A stretch of DNA of 20,647 nt from the NCBI GenBank assembly GCA_043798915.1, contig JAZDOG010000086.1:1-20647 (forward strand), read 5' to 3'. Positions 1 through 6,991 of the stretch are shown here, one piece after another. How positions within the stretch are numbered: position 1 is the stretch's first letter; each line of letters begins with the position of its first letter. Made by a program: the position numbers and the translations under genes. The stretch comes from Pseudomonadota bacterium. Lineage in GTDB: Bacteria > UBA10199 > 2-02-FULL-44-16 > JAAZCA01. The notes beneath the pieces are model-generated. The model did not search any database and was not told where the DNA came from. It saw only the letters and a list, made by a program, of their open reading frames with translations.

Positions 1-157
1 GCGGCGGGGGCGCGCCCCCCCCCCCCCAAAAACAAGCTAATTTATCAATATGAAAGTCAAAACCTTGACGATTTCGGTTTTAAGCGTCAAAAAACAGTCG
101 TACACGCAAACGGCGTGAGCTGTGCAAAACTGCGAAGAAAGACGACACCTCGGTTGC

Positions 158-469
158 CTATGCGGCTTTTTTGTATTCAAAGCCGATCATCAACCTCGCC
201 TTGAATGCACGAGATATCCGCTCCAGCAGGTCGAGGGATGGCATCCTTCGGTCCGTTCCCGATTCCAGCCGTGCGATGACACCCTGGCTGGTCTTGGCCT
301 TGCGGGCAAGCGCCGATTGTGTCAATCCATCCCGCAAACGAGCGCCTCTGACCAGGCGAGCCAGGTCGCTGATGGCCCTTTCGCGTTCAAAATAAAAGCT
401 AAACTCGGCGTCCTTGAGCTCCTTTTTGAGCACATGCTTGAGTGATATCCTCTTTTTTTGCGCTTTCAT
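158..469 (-). CDS. XRE/Cro-type HTH protein, putative HigA-like antitoxin
   Basis: 103 aa with an HTH_3-like segment (ARLRDGLTQSALARKAKTSQGVIARLESG...PSLDLLERIS). Its start overlaps the toxin stop as ATGA (466-469). Confidence 0.85.
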   Translation of the reverse strand: MKAQKKRISLKHVLKKELKDAEFSFYFERERAISDLARLVRGARLRDGLTQSALARKAKTSQGVIARLESGTDRRMPSLDLLERISRAFKARLMIGFEYKKAA

Positions 470-786
470 GACAACACCTCCTTCATTCGCCTGATCGCCA
501 CATCCCGCTCTTTCAAAGGCAACCTTCGGCCCTGTTTTTTATAAGCGTGCAGCAAGACCATCTCATTCCTCTCGATCAAGACGTAAAATACCCGCTGTGC
601 CGAGACCTTAATCTCCCACAGTTTGCCTGTAATCTGTCTGAATTCAGCTCGGACAGCTTCAAACCCAAAACGTTCAATCTGATCGAGCACTTCCAACAAC
701 CTGGCACGTTCCGGCTTCTGCAGTCCGCACATATACTCCAAGACCGGAGACCTGCCGGAAGCAGCCGTGTAAAATGTCACATTCAT
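466..786 (-). CDS. RelE/ParE-superfamily toxin (HigB/Gp49-like)
   Basis: From ATG at 786: MNVTFYTAASGRSPVLEY...KLWEIKV...RVFY...MVLLHAYKKQ, a typical Gp49/HigB-like pattern. Toxin-first order ahead of an HTH gene. The longer ORF-track start (867) runs through the promoter. Confidence 0.85.
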   Translation of the reverse strand: MNVTFYTAASGRSPVLEYMCGLQKPERARLLEVLDQIERFGFEAVRAEFRQITGKLWEIKVSAQRVFYVLIERNEMVLLHAYKKQGRRLPLKERDVAIRRMKEVLS

Positions 787-792
787 TTTAAG

Positions 793-820
793 ATTATACC
801 CAATTGGACATAATTGGCAA
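793..820 (-). promoter_or_regulatory. Sigma70-type promoter of the TA operon with a putative operator
   Basis: Minus strand reads TTGCCA (820-815), 16 nt, TATAAT (798-793), then 6 nt to the ATG. The palindrome CCAATTGG (800-807) lies in the spacer. Confidence 0.75.
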
Positions 821-884
821 GAAAAAAAACTACCTACATAGCGGACGAGATAAAGAAATGAGGTCACACCCTCAAGTCATCAGG

Positions 885-1152
885 GACCTGTTGAAAGGTG
901 AGATAGTCTGATTGGGCGCATTGCGCAGCGAGCCGTTTTTGCCGGCGAAAAATTGCCGGTTGTGCCTTGAGTAAAGTCTGCGTTGCACAACGACGCAAGA
1001 TGTCTGAGCGAGCAAAAGCCATTAACAATGGTAAAGTTTAATTCAGCGTTTGCGAGCGAGTTTCTTGCGTCGAAGCAATTTGAGTCCGTTGCAAAAACGT
1101 GCGAGCGGAGCAATTTTGCGCCCAATCAGACTATCTCACCTTTCAGCAGGTC
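885..1152 (+). repeat. 268-bp long palindromic element (MITE/RPE-like) with 36-bp terminal inverted repeats
   Basis: 885-920 GACCTGTTGAAAGGTGAGATAGTCTGATTGGGCGCA versus 1117-1152: 35/36 complementary, the exception being T891.G1146. Nested internal stems are present. AGG flanks both ends (882-884, 1153-1155). Confidence 0.85.
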
Positions 1153-2728
1153 AGGTGCGCGGCCCGGCGGCGATGACTCTTTCGCCGGCGTATTCGGCGT
1201 ACTGCGCGAAGTTTTTCTGGAAGCGCGCCGCGAGTTCATTGGCCTTGCGATCATAGGACGCCTTGTCGCGCCAGGTGTTCCTTGGGCTGAGCACGTCGTC
1301 GGGCACGCCGGGGCAGGAATCCGGAATGAGTATATTGAAGATCGGGTCCGGCGTGAACGAAGCGTTCTCCAGCTTTCCGTCCAGCACGGCGGAGAGGAGA
1401 GCGCGCGTGATCGATATCTTCATCCTGTTGCCCTCGCCGTAAGGGCCTCCGCTCCAGCCGCTGTTGACCAGCCAGCATGTCGCGCCGTGCGCTTTCAGCC
1501 TCTCGCCCAAAAACTTTGCGTATGCAGTGGGATGCAGCGGCATAAACGGCGTGCCGAAGCATGTGGAGAAGGTGGCCTGCGGCTCGTCGATCCCCACTTC
1601 CGTGCCCGCGAGCTTCGCCGTGTATCCGGAGAGGAAGTGGTACATCGCCATATCGGAGTTGAGTTTGGCTATCGGCGGCAGGACGCCGAACGCGTCGCAG
1701 GTGAGGAAGAAGACATGCTTCGGATGGCCGCCGACGCCCGGGATGACGCAGTTAGGTATGTGCTCGACTGGATAGGTCGCGCGGGTGTTCTCAGTGATCG
1801 TGTCGGCGTCGTAGTCGATTCTCCGGCTCTCCGGATCGACGATGACATTTTCGAGGATGGAACCGAAGCGGATCGCATCGAATATCTGCGGCTCCGCCTG
1901 TTTCGACAATTTAATAACCTTGGCGTAGCATCCTCCCTCGAAGTTAAATGTCCCCCGGTCGCTCCAGCCGTGCTCGTCGTCGCCGATCAGGCGCCTGGCC
2001 GGGTCGGCCGAGAGCGTGGTCTTGCCCGTGCCGGAGAGTCCGAAGAAGAGCGCGACGTCGCCGGCGTCGCCGACGTTTGCGGAGCAGTGCATCGGGAAGA
2101 CATTCCTGTCGGGCAAAAGGCCGTTCATGACAGAGAAGATGCTCTTCTTGATCTCGCCGCCGTAGCCCGTGCCGATGATGAGGATGATCCTCTTTTCAAA
2201 CGAGATCCCCACGAAGGTTCCGGAGTGGATGCCGAAGCGGACCGGATCGAGCTTCAAGTCCGCGGCATCGATGACCGTGAACTCGGGCCGGATATTTGCG
2301 CGTTCCTCCTTCGTGGGCCGGATGAAGAGTGTCGTCGCGAAGAGGGCGTGCCACGCCTTCTCGGCGATCACCCTGATCGGCATGCGGTATTTTGCGTCGG
2401 CGCCCGCGAAGCCCTCGAAGACGAAGCGGTCGCGGAGGACGAGATAATCTGTGGCAGCAGCCAGGAGCTTGTCGAAGGCCTCCTCCGAGATCTGCTTGTT
2501 GACCGGACCCCACCAGACGTGTTTCGCCGCCCATTTATCCTCGACGACGTAGCGGTCGGCGGGCGAACGGCCCGTGCGCTCGCCGGTGCGGACCACGAGC
2601 GCCCCGTTGGAGGCGAGAGTCCCCTCGCCGCGCTCGAGGGCCATCTCGACGAGCTTTGGCGGAGGGATGTTTCGGTGCACCAGCTCCGCATCGGTCTCCA
2701 TAAGTGCCGCAATCGCGCTTTCTGTCAT
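1151..2728 (-). CDS. pckA: Phosphoenolpyruvate carboxykinase (ATP)
   Basis: 525 aa. Motifs TGRSP, YGGEIKKSIF, PMHCSAN, FFGLSGTGKTTLS (P-loop), LIGDDEHGW, FNFEGGCYAK, ENTR, FLTCDAFGVLPP. Confidence 0.97.
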   Translation of the reverse strand: MTESAIAALMETDAELVHRNIPPPKLVEMALERGEGTLASNGALVVRTGERTGRSPADRYVVEDKWAAKHVWWGPVNKQISEEAFDKLLAAATDYLVLRDRFVFEGFAGADAKYRMPIRVIAEKAWHALFATTLFIRPTKEERANIRPEFTVIDAADLKLDPVRFGIHSGTFVGISFEKRIILIIGTGYGGEIKKSIFSVMNGLLPDRNVFPMHCSANVGDAGDVALFFGLSGTGKTTLSADPARRLIGDDEHGWSDRGTFNFEGGCYAKVIKLSKQAEPQIFDAIRFGSILENVIVDPESRRIDYDADTITENTRATYPVEHIPNCVIPGVGGHPKHVFFLTCDAFGVLPPIAKLNSDMAMYHFLSGYTAKLAGTEVGIDEPQATFSTCFGTPFMPLHPTAYAKFLGERLKAHGATCWLVNSGWSGGPYGEGNRMKISITRALLSAVLDGKLENASFTPDPIFNILIPDSCPGVPDDVLSPRNTWRDKASYDRKANELAARFQKNFAQYAEYAGERVIAAGPRT

Positions 2729-4350
2729 GGCTCGCTCCTGTTTTGGACGGGGTTGGTCGATAGTTCGCGGAAAGATGCGAGTTCGACGCCGGCGGCGGCC
2801 GCTGCCTTTGCAAACGCGGGGTCAGCCAGGACCGCCATCTCAGCCTCGCGCTCATCGTTGTAGCTGTCACGACAATCCGATGAATATCCCGGATGAACCA
2901 TCACCTCGGTGAGGCCCGAGGGAATCATCCCCAGCGTCTTTGCCCAGCGCCCCTTGAGATCCTTACCGGCGCCCAGAGAAAAACCGCCGAAGTGATCGGT
3001 GCTCTGAAAACCGCGCCCCCGCCAATAGGCCGGCTTGGAGGCCGCGAGGAATGAGACCGGGAGGCGTCTCGCAAGCGCCGCATGCCACGGCGACCAGAGG
3101 CCCTCGCGAGGGGAGCGCACCGCGCGGATTCCGAATTCGCGCGCCACGCGCTCCGCGGCGTTTCGTATGATCGGAAACACGTGGACGTGGTGATGGCTGT
3201 CCATGTGCCAGAGTTCCGGCCAGCGCTTTGCCACCTTCTCGCATTGCGCGCGAAGTTCCCGATACACCTCTTCAGCCGAGACCCGACCGGCCAGCACGCG
3301 CATGAGGAGCGCGCTCTGCGAAAGGAATGCGCCATCTTTGCCGACGAGCGTCGGCACGTCCTTCGGATCGGATATTGGATGACCCCACGTGAGCACCGCG
3401 TGAAAACCCACCTCGGGGCGAGCGTGCGCTTTCATCAGCTCATCCATCGACGCCTCGAACTCCGGCGAGTTGGCCATGGCGGAGGTCGACCTCACCGAGC
3501 CAGCAGCCACGGCCTTCAAAATCCCCCGGCTGATGGGGAGCGTCATGCCGAAGTCGTCGGCGTTGATCAGGAGCCTCCTCCTGCCCTCCTTCGCCGGCAG
3601 CTTGTAGCGGCCAAGCGCCCCGTTGATCCTGACGCGCAGGACGTCGCGCGCCATCCCCATGCCATCCTGCAGGAAGACGACTGTCGTCGGCTCGTTGAAA
3701 TATTTAAATTCGACCGGGACCTCCTTGGTCGTCAGCCCCAACCTCTCCGCGAGGTAGAGCGCCTCCACGTCGAACGGAAAGCCGCGCACGATCTGGCGCG
3801 AAAAGATGTTCTGCGCGGGCGCAGCGCGGAAGCCCTTCAGCCCCGCCTGCGAATCGCGGCAGTGGGGGATGATCGTGTGCCGCATGACCCAGTTGATGAC
3901 GCGGCTGGCCAGGTGGCGCGTGTAGAGATAGTGGAAGAAGGCGGGGCTTATCGTGTAGCGCGAATCCTGGTGCACACGGCAGGCGACCGCGACATCGGCC
4001 CCCTCCTCCAGCGCCTCCAGAATTCTCAATATCTGCGAGGGGGCATAGGCGAGGTCGACATCCAGAAAGATGCGAAACGCGCCCTTTGCGGCGAGCATCC
4101 CGGCGGCGACTGCGCCTCCCTTGCCGCGGTTCTCGCCATAGGAGATGACGCTCAGCGGGTAGGGCCTGCCGCGCGCGGCCCACTCCCTGGCCACGGCGAG
4201 GGTGCGGTCCGGGCTGCCGTCGTCGACTATCAGGAGCTCGGCGCTGCAAGTGAGGTCGCGGAAGAATTTGTCAAGCTCATCGAGCGTGCGCGCGACGAAC
4301 CCCTCCGCATTGTAGACCGGGACGATGACTGAAAGGTGTATCTGCGACAT
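2725..4350 (-). CDS. Fusion of a GT2 polyprenyl-phosphate sugar synthase-like domain and a YdjC/ChbG/HpnK-family deacetylase
   Basis: N-terminal motifs IVPVYNA, VDDGSPD, NRGKGGAV, FLDVD, DSQAGLKG, FPFDVE. C-terminal motifs INADDFG, GFH, DSHHHVH, EVMVHPG. GGAGG lies 8 nt before ATG 4350; TTG at 4356 is an alternative start. Confidence 0.88.
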   Translation of the reverse strand: MSQIHLSVIVPVYNAEGFVARTLDELDKFFRDLTCSAELLIVDDGSPDRTLAVAREWAARGRPYPLSVISYGENRGKGGAVAAGMLAAKGAFRIFLDVDLAYAPSQILRILEALEEGADVAVACRVHQDSRYTISPAFFHYLYTRHLASRVINWVMRHTIIPHCRDSQAGLKGFRAAPAQNIFSRQIVRGFPFDVEALYLAERLGLTTKEVPVEFKYFNEPTTVVFLQDGMGMARDVLRVRINGALGRYKLPAKEGRRRLLINADDFGMTLPISRGILKAVAAGSVRSTSAMANSPEFEASMDELMKAHARPEVGFHAVLTWGHPISDPKDVPTLVGKDGAFLSQSALLMRVLAGRVSAEEVYRELRAQCEKVAKRWPELWHMDSHHHVHVFPIIRNAAERVAREFGIRAVRSPREGLWSPWHAALARRLPVSFLAASKPAYWRGRGFQSTDHFGGFSLGAGKDLKGRWAKTLGMIPSGLTEVMVHPGYSSDCRDSYNDEREAEMAVLADPAFAKAAAAAGVELASFRELSTNPVQNRSEP

Positions 4351-4352
4351 TT

Positions 4353-5915
4353 TCAATCCCTCCTCCGATAAAACACCGCTCCGCTGATGGTCGTCTCCCC
4401 GCGATAATGCCCCTCAATGTACTCCATAAGCCTCGAATAGGCCAAAATAGGGTAGTATTGGTAGTCATGCAGGCCCGAAGGGGATGTATCTATTATATAC
4501 GCCGGCCTGTGGCGGCGAATATCTTCCATGAACATCTCCCAGGCGACGGGGTTCACATAGGCCGCCGTCTCCGAGGGAATCCCGCCCTTGAGCCCCGGGA
4601 CGCGCCCGGTGAGGGCATCGCTCCAGAAAAAGCGCGTCGCCGGGAGCCGCTCCGAATACCAGTAGATGAGAGGCGCATAGCCCCATGCCACCACGCGATC
4701 GGCTGGAGCGGTTTGCGAAGCGACGTAGGCGGCGATGGGCCTGTAATCATCGAGGTTGTCCTCGCCCGCCGCGCGGTTGATCTGCGGGATGAAGAAGCGT
4801 GCCACGGTGAATCCGACAGCCGGCAGGATGATCCATTTGAGGATGGCCCGCCTCGACCACTTTTGAGATTTATCCGCCCAGATCCGCGCCGCAACCGGCG
4901 CCGCAAGGATGGACATCGGCGGAACGAGCAGAAGGAAGTAGTGCCCGTAAAAACGATGCCCCGCCGAGACCGGAACGAAGCTCAAGATAAGCCAGAGGAC
5001 GATGAGCCATTCATGGGCGAAATCTCGTGTCTCATGTCTCGTGTTTCGATAAAGCGCGATGGTCCCGTAGATGGCTAACACCCATATCAGCGCGGTGCTC
5101 GCAATGTATGGCATCACGCGCGTAAGCAATTGGTGTACGAGGCCGATGCTCGCCGATCCCTCGCGGACGTACTCGAGGCTCCCCCGGATATTCCAGAACC
5201 AGAAACCATCGAGGGCCCCGGCGCGATAGAGATACGCGATCATCAAAAGCGGCGGGAGGAGCGAGCCGGCGATGAATCTGGCAAAGCCGCGCCAGTGTTC
5301 GATTTCCGGCCGCTCATGCGCGAGGATGGGTTTGGCGATTCCAAGATACGCCATGAGGATGATGAGATTCATCCCCGCCTGATATTTGAAAAGGCAGGAG
5401 ATGCCGAATGCGAGACCGCTTCCGAAGGCCCACCATCCCCTCCCCTCCCGCTCGAATCGGATCCAGAGCCAGAACTGCAGCGCGACAGACAGGAGCATCA
5501 CGGGCTCGATCGTGGTCGCGATGTACTTCGGTATGTAGGTCGTGCTGAATACGATGTAGAAGAGGGCTGCCCAAAAACCGGCCCGCCTGTCATACAGGCT
5601 ATTTGCTATCAGATAGATCACATATGCCGTGCCCCCGACGACCGCTATCGTCACGGCGTGCACGGCGATCATGTTGAACCTGCCGAATATGGAGAAGATC
5701 GCGCCATAGAAAAAATAGATGCCGAGCGGCTTGGTCTCCACGCAGTCGACGTATGGCACGCCGCCGTCGAACCATACCCGCGAGAAGAGGCCATATATCG
5801 CCTCGTCGACATCCAGCACCGGATGGATCAGCGCTGGAATACGCAATGCGATGAGGACACCGGCCAGGAAAAGGGGCCACTTGAAAGCGCTGATTTTTGA
5901 TTTTATATCCAGCAC
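4353..5915 (-). CDS. ArnT/PMT-like (GT-C fold) integral membrane glycosyltransferase
   Basis: 520 aa with many hydrophobic segments. DE motif after TM1 (LDVDEAIY), ETKPLG, CLFKYQ, RFYGHYF, and a soluble C-terminal domain. The GTG start is uncertain. Confidence 0.8.
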   Translation of the reverse strand: MLDIKSKISAFKWPLFLAGVLIALRIPALIHPVLDVDEAIYGLFSRVWFDGGVPYVDCVETKPLGIYFFYGAIFSIFGRFNMIAVHAVTIAVVGGTAYVIYLIANSLYDRRAGFWAALFYIVFSTTYIPKYIATTIEPVMLLSVALQFWLWIRFEREGRGWWAFGSGLAFGISCLFKYQAGMNLIILMAYLGIAKPILAHERPEIEHWRGFARFIAGSLLPPLLMIAYLYRAGALDGFWFWNIRGSLEYVREGSASIGLVHQLLTRVMPYIASTALIWVLAIYGTIALYRNTRHETRDFAHEWLIVLWLILSFVPVSAGHRFYGHYFLLLVPPMSILAAPVAARIWADKSQKWSRRAILKWIILPAVGFTVARFFIPQINRAAGEDNLDDYRPIAAYVASQTAPADRVVAWGYAPLIYWYSERLPATRFFWSDALTGRVPGLKGGIPSETAAYVNPVAWEMFMEDIRRHRPAYIIDTSPSGLHDYQYYPILAYSRLMEYIEGHYRGETTISGAVFYRRRD

Positions 5916-5953
5916 CCTTATTAATTAACACACGTTCAGGCGGCGAACAACCC

Positions 5954-5982
5954 TTGACTAAGAGCCCGTTTTTCAATAGTTT
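5954..5982 (+). promoter_or_regulatory. Putative sigma70 promoter for the PAP2/GT-C operon
   Basis: TTGACT (5954-5959), 17 nt, TAGTTT (5977-5982), 25 nt before ATG 6008, in the divergent intergenic gap. Confidence 0.5.
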
Positions 5983-6007
5983 GCCGCCAACGTCGACGGA
6001 ACAGCCC

Positions 6008-6991
6008 ATGCAGACAGCCGAAAATCGCAGCAGGATCTTCGAAATATTCGGGCCGAACACGGTCATCGTGCTCGTGTACTTTGGCCTCCTGATGGCCCTT
6101 TTCTTGAGCTACGGCGTGAGGCTGCAGCTCACACATTTCAAGCTCTGGTCCATATTCCTCTCGACGCTCCTCGTGATCTACTTGAGTTCCACGCTCGTGC
6201 AGCACGCGAGACAGGGCGCGGTCGCGGAGCTTCCCTTTCTCCCCTTTGCGGGCCGGAAGCTCGTTCGCTTCGCCATCGACTGGTTTCCCCTCGTGGCCCT
6301 CGTGACGATCTACGAGAACCTGCGCGAATACACCGGGGTCATCAGGACTGATTCGATCGACGCAACGCTATATAATCTCGACCTCCTCATCTTCGGCGTG
6401 GAACCGACGGTCTGGATCCAGAAATTCACGAACCCCATCCTCACGGAATACTTCGCATTCACATATACGCTCTACCTCATGCTCCCGCTGTCGTTGGGCT
6501 GGCTCTTCTATCTCTTCAGCCACCGCCGCGCGTTTCACACGCTGACGACTGCCGTTATCCTGACCCTGTGCATCGGGTTCGTCCTCTATCTCGTCTTTCC
6601 CGCCGGACCGCCCCGGTTCTATCTAGCGGGGCTGTTTGATCCTCCGCAGCTCCAGGGATATTTCGGCTACTACAACGCGATGCAGACGAGGTTCGACGCC
6701 GTGAACCCCATGACTTACCGCGCCAGCTTCCCGAGCCTCCACGTGGCCCTCTCGTCCCTGGCGCTCATCTTCGTGACGCGTTTCAGGGCGATAGTTCCTT
6801 TCTGGAAACTCCTGGTTCCGGTCTACGCGCTGCTCGTCGTGAGCCTCTGGATAGCGACTGTCTACCTCAGGCATCACTGGGCGGTCGACATCTTCGCCGG
6901 ATGGGGCGTCGCTGCTCTGGCTACCGCCTGCGCGCTGTGGATTCAGAAGCGCTGGCCCCGATATGAAGAATCAAACCGATCGATGGCTTGA
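6008..6991 (+). CDS. PAP2-superfamily membrane protein, Aur1/inositol-phosphorylceramide-synthase-like (PAP2_3)
   Basis: Multi-TM protein with FPAGPPRF, ASFPSLHVA and TVYLRHHWAVDIFAG, matching the conserved Aur1-like PAP2 motifs. ATG 6008 chosen because the longer ORF overlaps the divergent gene. Confidence 0.8.
   Translation: MQTAENRSRIFEIFGPNTVIVLVYFGLLMALFLSYGVRLQLTHFKLWSIFLSTLLVIYLSSTLVQHARQGAVAELPFLPFAGRKLVRFAIDWFPLVALVTIYENLREYTGVIRTDSIDATLYNLDLLIFGVEPTVWIQKFTNPILTEYFAFTYTLYLMLPLSLGWLFYLFSHRRAFHTLTTAVILTLCIGFVLYLVFPAGPPRFYLAGLFDPPQLQGYFGYYNAMQTRFDAVNPMTYRASFPSLHVALSSLALIFVTRFRAIVPFWKLLVPVYALLVVSLWIATVYLRHHWAVDIFAGWGVAALATACALWIQKRWPRYEESNRSMA

Noticed and set aside
1..32. G/C homopolymer run at the window start as a terminator or G-quadruplex
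   Set aside because: Low-complexity sequence at the very edge, possibly a read or assembly artefact; context is missing.
880..1125. 81-aa minus-strand ORF within element A
   Set aside because: No RBS or recognisable domain; the sequence is explained by palindromic structure and does not resemble a transposase.
885..1152. Long palindromes as CRISPR arrays or simple intrinsic terminators
   Set aside because: No regularly spaced direct repeats or cas genes. The stems are far longer than terminators, lack a U-tract and fold better on the non-mRNA strand.
983..2863. 626-aa plus-strand ORF
   Set aside because: Antisense shadow of pckA in GC-rich DNA. No recognisable motifs, and it starts inside element A.
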